Below, in pieces: positions 9,396-17,435 of a stretch of DNA of 64,000 nucleotides. Under the pieces are notes generated by a model. The model saw only the letters and a list, made by a program, of their open reading frames with translations. It was not told the DNA's origin and ran no database searches. A program made the translations under genes and the position numbers. This DNA is from a virus (lineage: Duplodnaviria; Caudoviricetes): the IMG/VR virus record IMGVR_UViG_3300020036_009879, positions 9,651-73,650 of that record; one strand, given 5' to 3'. How positions within the stretch are numbered: position 1 is the stretch's first letter; each line of letters begins with the position of its first letter.

Positions 9396-9619
9396 ATCTT
9401 TTCTTAGAATTAAGCTTTAATACCTTAATTTGGAAAAATCCCTATTGTGAAAAACATTAATGGACTACAATTATTACTCTAAAGCTTTGGTGGGTAAAAA
9501 CTTTTCTTTTCACAAACAACTTTTTCCACAGTTATTTTTTAAAAAGTTTTTCCTAACACAGTTTTGAGGTATCAGATTTTTCCAAATTAAGGTATTAAAG
9601 CTTAATTCTAAGAAAAGAT
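9396..9619. repeat. Perfect 45-bp inverted repeat (9396-9440 / 9575-9619), 134-nt spacer
   Basis: atcttttcttagaattaagctttaataccttaatttggaaaaatc and exact reverse complement. Confidence 0.9.
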
Positions 9620-10740
9620 TTTGTATGGTGGGTTATACCCTAATAGGGTTTCCAACCTAGACTTTATTAGAATCCTTTATATGGTTTCACTTTTAAGTCT
9701 AAAATAAAAGTTTCGAATAAAAAACTTTTTTATTAAAAATTTTTATTTTGGTAAAATCTTCTTTGGAAAAAGTTGTTTTTCTGAAAACTAATTTTAAAGG
9801 TCAGTTTTAAAGAAAAGGTTTGGACAAATGTTAGGTTTATGGAGAGGGTGAATTTTTCCAATCTAACATTATGAGAAGTGTTTTTGTGAAAAGGTTTTGT
9901 CCCTGGGTAGATACCCTTGTAGGAGACAAGAATTATCTTTTCATACAACCAAGCATTTAAAGTCTTTCATTTCGTAAAATTACTTACACTTTAAATACAT
10001 TTTCACTCTAATTTTATTTCAGTACTGTTTCACATAAAACGTGGCCTGAGTATTGGTTTTGCAGGGGTGCTACCATAATCAATTGATTGATGAATAATTA
10101 TAGTAGGAAGTTCTTTTTTCATAAGTTTTTTCTATTAAAGTGTTTCTGAAATAGGGTTTTTCTATCCTCAGATTTATTTAAAAAGAAAAAAAATATATAA
10201 AAAGGGGAGTTTTCTCCACCTCTTTTGTCAAACCTGTGGTAAACCTGTAGTAACTCCTCTGGTTCAAACCTCCTGGCTTTCTTCACTAAAACTAATCCCA
10301 AAGAACTAGAATTCAGAATCACCACTGACTTTCACTTAGTTCTTTTTGAAAATACTAGTAATAAACCTATCTTTTCTTGTAAAACCCTCTTAAAACTATT
10401 ATTAAAACCCGATTTAAAGTTCTATTCAGAACCTCTGAACCTAATAAACATGGGATAAACCCTAAAACTGAAATAATCTATACCTGTTGGTTGTGTCTAT
10501 AGCATTTGAACCATATGAGGTTAAGTTTCAGATTTTGTAGTATATTCAATTTCTTTAGTTTTCTACTACTTCATCTTCTCTCCCTTGTTCTCTATTCTTC
10601 CAGCTTCTTTTTATCTCATTCTTATTTTACTCTAGTCTGTTTTTGAATCTTGTTTTTGAAAATACCGTTTTTGAAACAAGGTTTTTAAGGCCTTGTTTCC
10701 TATTAACGGTCTAAAGGTATTATTATTTTATTTCTCCTTC

Positions 10741-11115
10741 TTAGAGACTTTCTAAATTAAGTAATAACTGGGTTCCTTCAGGTTCTTTAGTCTCTATTAG
10801 AAACTTTTCAATTTCACCTACAATCCATCCAGTTAAATAAGCTTGTGGTTCATCATTTATCTTATCTAGTTGTACTCCACACTTTATAAAAATATCATTT
10901 ACTAAGTGTACTGTTTCATGTGCTATAATAGGCCAATTGACTACTTTCATTGCCACTATATGACTTCCTTCTTTTGTAGTTCTAAATACAACAGCATCAT
11001 AAAGTTTGTCTTTGATTTTTGTTCTATACACTTTATTCACTTTCTTAAAATCATCAGTTAAGATGATGATAAGTTTTCCAAAGTATATAGGAATAGGTAC
11101 TTCTTTTACTTTCAT
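10741..11115 (-). CDS. Small HExxH putative metalloprotease
   Basis: IIAHETVHLVNDIF...DEPQAY. Confidence 0.55.
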   Translation of the reverse strand: MKVKEVPIPIYFGKLIIILTDDFKKVNKVYRTKIKDKLYDAVVFRTTKEGSHIVAMKVVNWPIIAHETVHLVNDIFIKCGVQLDKINDEPQAYLTGWIVGEIEKFLIETKEPEGTQLLLNLESL

Positions 11116-11127
11116 ACTTAAATCTGT

Positions 11128-12393
11128 TTATACAAAACCTTGTTGTCTATGAACCCTTACTGCATTTCTGTTTACAGGTTCTATTGGTCTGTGACTATTA
11201 ACACCATATCTTAATGCTGCTAGTTCATCAGGTTCGTGTGGTAACTTATCGTTCTTGTCTCTACAGAAAGTTTGATAGCTGAAGTATAGTCCTGTTTCTT
11301 TGCTTCCTACTACGACTATTTTCTTATCTTGTACCCTTTTAATGTTTTGTTCTACATTTCCCTTCTGAGCTTTTCTTACACCGTTGTAACCTGCATCTCT
11401 TACTTCATCAATAAGTAGTGGCATTGCTGAATCGGCATAGATTTTAGCAAATTTTGGAATATTAGCATTTTTGAGTTTTTGAATCATCTCTTTCATTTTT
11501 AATTTAGATTGAGAAAAGATTTCTTGTACATAATAAGTTTTATCGTAGTAGGTAATTTTGATTAGTGATGTTTTATCACTACCTCCATAACCAAAGTCTA
11601 GTCCATACCACTCTTCTCCTTTTATATCTCCTAAGCCATCAATTCTATCCCATCCATCATAGATACGTCCTTGAGTTTCAAGTGTCCATTCTGCTAAGAT
11701 AACATTTTTGTAATAGGTTGGATTTTTCAGTTCTAAGTCTCTGTAACGTTTTACTACTGATTCATTCAGATTATCAATATTATCTAAATAAGTACTATGT
11801 AAGTATTCAGTATCTTCTAACCTGTCTAACATTGGAACACCTTCTACAAACCACTCTTTATGTATCCAAGAAGATACAGATGATGTTGGATTGTAAACAA
11901 GAATCACTTTCAAAGGTTTTCCTTTAATCCTGATTGACTCATCCACTTTTGAAAACTCCTCAAAACTCTCCACCTCTTCTGCCTCCTCTACAACTAATGT
12001 AGTGATTCCAGAAAGTGATTTCAATTTTGCTGTTTGTGTTCCTGATGAACGAATACCTTTAAAGCTAATAGTAGCTCCTGTAACTTTATTAACAATAACT
12101 CCATTTCTTTCTACAAAGTCATGTCCTAGTCTTAGTGTCTCTATTGCTGACCTAACATCAGATATAGTTGAGTCTTCAGATGATGACATAGTTTGTCTTA
12201 AGAAGAGTATTTTGTGTTTATATTTGGAGTATGTTTTTAGAACCATTCCTAATGCTACTCCAAATGACTTTCCACTTCCCCTTCCTCCATAGACTTGATA
12301 GTATCTCTTATCAGTTAAGTTATCTTGAAAAAATGGTTCAAAAGTAGGATTAATTACTAATTCTTCTACTTCTTCTATTTCATCTTCTTCCAT
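11128..12393 (-). CDS. terL: Terminase large subunit (PBSX/Terminase_3-like)
   Basis: Walker A YGGRGSGKS, Walker B LVVEEAEE, YNP, HSTYLDN, nuclease GLDFGYG, D-S-A and HEPD motifs. Confidence 0.92.
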   Translation of the reverse strand: MEEDEIEEVEELVINPTFEPFFQDNLTDKRYYQVYGGRGSGKSFGVALGMVLKTYSKYKHKILFLRQTMSSSEDSTISDVRSAIETLRLGHDFVERNGVIVNKVTGATISFKGIRSSGTQTAKLKSLSGITTLVVEEAEEVESFEEFSKVDESIRIKGKPLKVILVYNPTSSVSSWIHKEWFVEGVPMLDRLEDTEYLHSTYLDNIDNLNESVVKRYRDLELKNPTYYKNVILAEWTLETQGRIYDGWDRIDGLGDIKGEEWYGLDFGYGGSDKTSLIKITYYDKTYYVQEIFSQSKLKMKEMIQKLKNANIPKFAKIYADSAMPLLIDEVRDAGYNGVRKAQKGNVEQNIKRVQDKKIVVVGSKETGLYFSYQTFCRDKNDKLPHEPDELAALRYGVNSHRPIEPVNRNAVRVHRQQGFV

Positions 12394-12396
12394 AGG

Positions 12397-12825
12397 CTAT
12401 TTTTTTACTGAAAAAGTTACTCTAACAGGACTTGGGTTTGTTTCACCATTACCTACATCAAACCCTACCTCTGTCTTTACCTTAGCATCTAGACTATCAT
12501 CAAGTTCATTCTTATATGTCTGTACTATGAATTTAGATGCTTGAAAGTTCTGTGGGTGAAGAGGGTTTTCAATAATTTCTTGTATGTTATCTACTGCCAA
12601 ACTAGCTATACTTCTTCTTCTAACTATAAATTCAGCCTTAAGTTCAGGAAAATTTAGGAAAACAGTTTCTAATTCAAATTGAGTAGTACCTGTTGTCTCT
12701 CTTATCTGTTTATAGGTTGTAATATTAGTATTTATTCTTAGTGTTTGTTCTACTAAATACTTTACTTCTAATTGTCTTTCACTAACTTCTCTCTCCCTAG
12801 TTTTGAGCATGAAACTGTTTTTCAT
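12397..12825 (-). CDS. Probable terminase small subunit
   Basis: Position directly upstream of terL; HTH-like N-terminus; 142 aa. Confidence 0.6.
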   Translation of the reverse strand: MKNSFMLKTREREVSERQLEVKYLVEQTLRINTNITTYKQIRETTGTTQFELETVFLNFPELKAEFIVRRRSIASLAVDNIQEIIENPLHPQNFQASKFIVQTYKNELDDSLDAKVKTEVGFDVGNGETNPSPVRVTFSVKK

Positions 12826-12828
12826 TCT

Positions 12829-12996
12829 TTATACTTGTTTGAATTCTTCTTCTACTAACTTTATGAAGTAGGATAAGGTTTTTTTTATAATTGTACTGAT
12901 TACTATAATTAGTACAAGTAACTTATTGATAATTCTAGGGATTGTTAATATGACTAACATAAGAACTATCGTCACGATTGCTTTTGCTATTTTCAT
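12829..12996 (-). CDS. Small hydrophobic (membrane) protein, 55 aa
   Basis: MKIAKAIVTIVLMLVILTIPRIINKLLVLIIVIS...; stop abuts terS start. Confidence 0.5.
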   Translation of the reverse strand: MKIAKAIVTIVLMLVILTIPRIINKLLVLIIVISTIIKKTLSYFIKLVEEEFKQV

Positions 12997-13026
12997 CCTT
13001 TAGTTTTTAAAATTTTGTGGTACTAG

Positions 13027-13098
13027 TAGTATGTGAGAGAATCGAACTCTCCTTACCAGGCTGAAAACCTGGTGTCCTAACCGATAGACGAACATACT
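13027..13098 (-). tRNA. tRNA-Glu(UUC), canonical
   Basis: Acceptor AGTATGT/ACATACT, anticodon arm CCAGG-TTTTCAG-CCTGG, T-arm with TTCGATT loop; no encoded CCA. Confidence 0.9.
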
Positions 13099-13149
13099 TT
13101 GCTACTTACTAACTGGCCTAGTTAGTCAATCCTCTTGTAGCTGATTTTG

Positions 13150-13218
13150 AAAAGGGTATGGGATTCGAACCCATATAAACAGGGGCCAGCTGTTCTATAA
13201 CCATTCTAGCAACCCTTT
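13150..13218 (-). tRNA. tRNA-like gene with U73 (Cys/Gly-like body) and shortened, altered anticodon arm (loop CTGGCCC)
   Basis: Acceptor AAAGGGT/ACCCTTT, T-arm ATGGG-TTCGAAT-CCCAT, D-loop GAATGGTTA; anticodon arm one bp short. Confidence 0.65.
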
Positions 13219-13336
13219 AAATCTATAGTCAATAATAACTTTATTTCGTATTGATTAGTAATTATATTACACTAAAGTATGTACCTATGATTTCAAGGAC
13301 TGAGCGTTAGTATAATGATTTAATATGTCAAAGAAC

Positions 13337-13555
13337 TTATGCTAAAGCTGGAACTTTAGCTGTATCAATGTAGATAGCTTGTACTATTCCTAGTCTTTTT
13401 ACAACGTGAAAAGTTGCTGTTAGAAAAGTGTAGGTTTCATTTTCTACATAATAGTTTTCGTTGTCTTCTTTTACCAGTACTCCTGCTGATACTAGGTCAG
13501 CGTATTGAGTAGCTAAGTTTTGTAGTAAAAATAATTTTAGTGTTGCTGCTGCCAT
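13337..13555 (-). CDS. Hypothetical protein, 72 aa
   Basis: ORF track; between tRNA genes. Confidence 0.55.
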   Translation of the reverse strand: MAAATLKLFLLQNLATQYADLVSAGVLVKEDNENYYVENETYTFLTATFHVVKRLGIVQAIYIDTAKVPALA

Positions 13556-13587
13556 CTCTTGTTTTTGTTTTAGTTAATAATGTTTCG

Positions 13588-13663
13588 GACTGATAGTAAG
13601 ACTCGAACCTACGGCTTCTACTCCTCACAAAGTAGCACTCTAACCAACTGAGTTATATCTGTC
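13588..13663 (-). tRNA. tRNA-His(GUG)-like with G-1:C73 pair and 8-nt anticodon loop
   Basis: G-ACAGATA/TATCAGT-C extended acceptor (A3.A70 mismatch), D-arm ACTC/GAGT, anticodon arm CTACT-TTGTGAGG-AGTAG, T-arm GTAGG-TTCGAGT-CTTAC. Confidence 0.75.
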
Positions 13664-13666
13664 ATA

Positions 13667-13699
13667 TACAAAAGCCTCTGTTAAATAGAGGCTTTTGTA
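13667..13699 (-). terminator. Intrinsic terminator
   Basis: tacaaaagcctct-gttaaat-agaggcttttgta perfect 13-bp stem. Confidence 0.75.
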
Positions 13700-13715
13700 T
13701 TTGTTTGAAAATTAC

Positions 13716-14092
13716 CTAACTAGTATCTGGGATCTTTTTGTATTGTATATTCATTTCCTGACTACACCTTCGTTCTTGTATTCGACAGTAGTCAGTGATT
13801 GAATTTTTCGGCAACAAGGAGTGCATGGTATATAATATAGTTTTCTTAGAAACCAATCCTACATCAATCGATGCTGTGTAAAAAGGTTTTTGAAAATCTA
13901 CATTTTTAACTACAGCTACCTCATTTGAGAAAACTGAAAACATTTGTACTACTTGTAGTTGACTAACCTGAGTAGTAACACCCATAGTTAATTCTACTTT
14001 TTGTTTTTGCTCCAGTTTGGCTGTAGTTTTGGCCGTGACTGCTAAACCATCATCCCGATGATTAAAATGAAGAGCGAACGAATTGACTTCAT
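13716..14092 (-). pseudogene. Signal-peptide-bearing hypothetical protein split by 1-nt deletion near 14044-14046
   Basis: MKSIRSLFILIIGMMV then stop; adding one T gives LAVTAKTTAKLEQKQKVELT in frame with the 13716..13985 ORF. Confidence 0.6.
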
Positions 14093-14119
14093 AATTTTAG
14101 ATATTTTTAGTTATTAATA

Positions 14120-14629
14120 TTAGTTCGATGCCCTAAATTCTTTTCCTCCAAAGGTTCTTATTCTTGGGGTTAAGTTATCAGGTTTTACTTCTTTGTCATT
14201 TGGGGTCTCAGATTCTAGAAACTCAAATACTTCTTTCATAAAGCTTTCTGCAATGGCTGCATGTTCATTTGAAACATTTGCTGTAACAGCTTTATCTGAA
14301 GCTTCTTTGTCGATGATGAAACCACTATCAGTAAATGTTCCAGGAAACATTCTTAATAATCGTGAGTAAGTAAAGTAACATAAAGCTGGAACTACTAACT
14401 CTCTTAAAGCTAAGTCAGCTTCAGAAGGAGCTGGGTCTCTATTAACGGGGTCTATACATCTGTCTACATTTGCCTTCCCTATCAGTCTTTTGAGGTCTAA
14501 TTGTTGAACAACTAGTTCTGCAGCTTGGATTTTAGATGGGTCAATATCAGGTTGAATAGAACAATAGTCAATTAAAGCTTGAGCTATATTAACTACTATT
14601 AGTTTCTGGGTATTGTTTGAGTTATACAT
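14120..14629 (-). CDS. Probable head-tail adaptor/head completion protein
   Basis: Directly downstream of portal; QQLDLKRLIG...LVVPALCYFTYSR pattern. Confidence 0.55.
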   Translation of the reverse strand: MYNSNNTQKLIVVNIAQALIDYCSIQPDIDPSKIQAAELVVQQLDLKRLIGKANVDRCIDPVNRDPAPSEADLALRELVVPALCYFTYSRLLRMFPGTFTDSGFIIDKEASDKAVTANVSNEHAAIAESFMKEVFEFLESETPNDKEVKPDNLTPRIRTFGGKEFRASN

Positions 14630-14632
14630 AGC

Positions 14633-16408
14633 TTATTTTTCTTTAATAGTTACTTCATTACCATTTTTTGAAACTACTTCCCACTTAGTATTAGTCTTAA
14701 ACAATACTTCTTTCTCATGTGACATACCTGAAATTTTAGAAATATCTTTTCCATTTTTATGTTCTTCAATTTTGAATACTACAGAACTGTCTGAAGGTCC
14801 TTGATTCTTAGAACTAAACTTGTTTGCTCTTGACTCGTCTTTTGTTGTTGAAGTAAAACCTTTAAAAGTTAATTCTTCTCCAGGTTTCATAGATTCCAAT
14901 TGACTAGTAGGCATATTCACTCCTCTATACAGTGTACCTTCTTTATCAGTAGGTAGTTTTGAAAGACTGTTATTTAGATTACTGATATACTTTTCATCAA
15001 CACTATTTGTAGTACCATCTCTGATTGCATAGTTCACATCAAAACCTCTTTCTGTAAAACTAATTATAGTCTTTTCTTCAGGAGTACTTCCCTTTTCAGT
15101 TGTATAGTTTTCATTTAAACTAGCTTCATTATAGTCACTTTGACTTACTGAGCTACTTTCTGATGAACCAGAACCAGGGTTTGGCCCACTTCCAGGACCA
15201 CCCATTACTAACTTACTAATTTTCTTAAGAAGTTTTTTCTTACCAGTTCCTTTAGAAACAGGTTTTACTGGAACTGGTTCTTCATCAAGTGTAAGTTTTT
15301 GTAATCTAATCTCTTTGACTGGAAAGACTGAACTTTTTAAAACCCTGTTAACACAACTCTCAATAGTATCTCTACCATTTTGAGTAATTGCATTAAAGAC
15401 AAAATAAGCTTCTTTTAAATCAGCTGAACTAAAACCAGTTTTTTGGTCTGCTCCTGCTAAGATAGGTGGGATAAGATAAGCTCCTGTGATTACTCTGTGA
15501 CATAGTTCGTAGCCTTTAGTACAACTTTCAACTACAGATGTGGAAGCTGATGCTCCACTACCTATTTCTTCAAGTACTGTATGTTCCATCTCTTCAGGGG
15601 ATAGTCCTGTCATTGTAATGATTTTTCCACTTCCTCTAGCTCCTTGGGCATCTTCAATAGATTTCTCTAGAGCTTCCAGGTTTGGGTCTTCTGCACTTAA
15701 CATAGTTTTTAGTACATAGGAATTGATAAAGCCAGTGGCAGTTTCTTTTCTCATTAAAATACTATTTTCTATATCAGCAAGTACAAAATTGATTGGGGCT
15801 TGTAATGTAGGGATAGGGTAACTACTCCCTCCAGCTTCTGAGTGATAGAGTACTTGTCCATTGTAGTTAGCTATTAATCCCTCTTTACTTTTTTTAATCT
15901 GTTCTAGTACGATGTCTGGATTGAATCTATCAATCCACTTTATCTTCCCTTTCGTAACTGTGTTTTTAACTGTTCTAGTGACCACTGCATTGTAGCCAAA
16001 ATCTGAATGGTATCCAAGTTTTGATGCTTTATTCAGTTCGTCAAATTCATTAAACCTTAAGTCAGTAATTCTAATTGGGTCTATTGTAGCCACTTCACCT
16101 TTTAAGTTATAGTTACTGTGAATACCTAAGGCATCAAAGTGAGCATAATCATCAGCTAGTATTGCTACCAATCCTTTTAGAGTCATTCCAGTAGAAGATA
16201 TGATAGTATCTTCACCTTCAAATTTTGACCCTTTATAAAACTTTATAGTTCTATTTACAGCTGATTTGGCTGCTGGTGATTGGTCAATTAGGTTTCTTAA
16301 AGTTTGTGGGAAGCTATTATTAGTCCCCCACTTCATTATTCCTAATGCCGTATCTTGTTTAGTTTCTACTTGTGTAACTTCTCTGTGGTCTTGTAGTTTG
16401 AATCCCAT
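14633..16408 (-). CDS. Portal protein with C-terminal ADP-ribosyltransferase domain
   Basis: N-term KWGTNNSFPQ...DQSP portal-like pattern; GGPGSGPNPGSG linker; ART motifs TLYRG, GFTSTT, HEKEVLF. Confidence 0.75.
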   Translation of the reverse strand: MGFKLQDHREVTQVETKQDTALGIMKWGTNNSFPQTLRNLIDQSPAAKSAVNRTIKFYKGSKFEGEDTIISSTGMTLKGLVAILADDYAHFDALGIHSNYNLKGEVATIDPIRITDLRFNEFDELNKASKLGYHSDFGYNAVVTRTVKNTVTKGKIKWIDRFNPDIVLEQIKKSKEGLIANYNGQVLYHSEAGGSSYPIPTLQAPINFVLADIENSILMRKETATGFINSYVLKTMLSAEDPNLEALEKSIEDAQGARGSGKIITMTGLSPEEMEHTVLEEIGSGASASTSVVESCTKGYELCHRVITGAYLIPPILAGADQKTGFSSADLKEAYFVFNAITQNGRDTIESCVNRVLKSSVFPVKEIRLQKLTLDEEPVPVKPVSKGTGKKKLLKKISKLVMGGPGSGPNPGSGSSESSSVSQSDYNEASLNENYTTEKGSTPEEKTIISFTERGFDVNYAIRDGTTNSVDEKYISNLNNSLSKLPTDKEGTLYRGVNMPTSQLESMKPGEELTFKGFTSTTKDESRANKFSSKNQGPSDSSVVFKIEEHKNGKDISKISGMSHEKEVLFKTNTKWEVVSKNGNEVTIKEK

Positions 16409-16629
16409 AGTGTTTTAAAAATTTAAACTGGGAATTCCAGTTGGTTAATACTTTGCTCTGAGTGAGTGATTGAACCTCTACTGTCTAGAATTAAATTCTT
16501 CCAGGACTCAGTAAGTTTTGAACAATATAAGACTAACTTGTAAAAGTTGACTTGTTCCTGTTCAGAAATTATTCATAACTTAGTTTGAAGATAAGAGGTG
16601 AAAAAAGAAATTTAAAAACCCCGTTTTCT

Positions 16630-16654
16630 TCATATAGTATGGAGCGTGAATTTT
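16630..16654 (-). promoter_or_regulatory. Candidate phage-RNAP promoter AAAATTCACGCTCCATACTATATGA
   Basis: Four copies (16630, 17026, 61678, 62070); CTATAT-GAAG end resembles SP6 CACTATA-GAAG; points at portal gene. Confidence 0.5.
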
Positions 16655-17025
16655 CAGTTTCTAACTTCTTTAAAATCAAGGGTTTAGATTTCAGGGTTTG
16701 AATTGGATTTCAGGCCCGGTTTTACTCTATGAATTAGAGAGTTTTTGTATCACGTACGTACACGTAAGATATATTTTAATATATACTTCGTATATGGGGT
16801 CAAAGCAAGATAAAAGCAAGATAAAAAACCTCTAAGTCAGGAGAGAGAGTTAAAAGATATATTAAAAACAGTACTAAAAACTATATACTGTAGAAAAAAT
16901 CTCTGAACTTTCTCTCCTAACACAGGAAATTCCTGGTCAGTATGAGAGTAGTCAAAACTTTTATTTTTTAAAGTGGAAAAAAGGAAAACAAAAAATACCA
17001 CCGAAAAATCAAAACCGTTGTTCTT

Positions 17026-17050
17026 TCATATAGTATGGACCGTGAATTTT
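17026..17050 (-). promoter_or_regulatory. Second copy of candidate phage-RNAP promoter
   Basis: tcatatagtatggaccgtgaatttt, one mismatch to consensus. Confidence 0.5.
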
Positions 17051-17071
17051 TATCAATGTTTATGGGGTATT

Positions 17072-17362
17072 TCATTTACACCAAGAACCATCTTTTTCTT
17101 TAATAGAAGCAATGTTACAACCAGGGTGTTTACACTTATAGTACTTAGCATCTTTTATATAGTCAGTATTAAGATAAAGAGGGTTATCATAATCAAACTT
17201 ACACTTATGTTTGATAAAACCAGATTTAAAGTCTGACCAAGACTTTTTATCAGTACCCCAAGACAAGAACCAGATAGGGCTAATTAAGATAATTAGTACC
17301 CATGAACAAATAGTTTGTATTACTTTCATAGCTATTAAAATTAGTTCTAAGGTGTCTATCAT
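17072..17362 (-). CDS. Hypothetical membrane protein with Cys/His motif
   Basis: Hydrophobic N-terminus; HKC...CKHPGC. Confidence 0.55.
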   Translation of the reverse strand: MIDTLELILIAMKVIQTICSWVLIILISPIWFLSWGTDKKSWSDFKSGFIKHKCKFDYDNPLYLNTDYIKDAKYYKCKHPGCNIASIKEKDGSWCK

Positions 17363-17435
17363 AGTTTCTAATGGTTAGACACCTTAGGGTGTTATAATTA
17401 TATTCATCAAATAAAATCTATCCTTAGCTACTTGA

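Larger units (their letters stand above)
8448..9968. repeat. Family of ~150-230-bp elements in mirror arrangement (+8448-8680, +9345-9540, -9570-9660, -9733-9968); relatives at 4742 and 6052
   Basis: Shared blocks aagactttaaat, ctcct..agggta, tggaaaaat, acaactttttcc. Confidence 0.75.
16611..17050. repeat. ~440-bp direct repeat copy A (347-bp core has 3 mismatches to 61659..62005)
   Basis: Direct base comparison; offset 45,048 bp. Confidence 0.95.

Noticed and set aside
10040-10090. tRNA-like fragment GTGGCCTGAGTATTGG on the plus strand
   Set aside because: No T-arm or acceptor pairing found
9733-10325. ORFs 9733..9948 and 10119..10325 as real genes
   Set aside because: The first lies wholly within a repeat element; both are low-complexity with no motifs
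8100-10740. CRISPR or mini-array
   Set aside because: Repeats are long, divergent and in both orientations, without regular unique spacers
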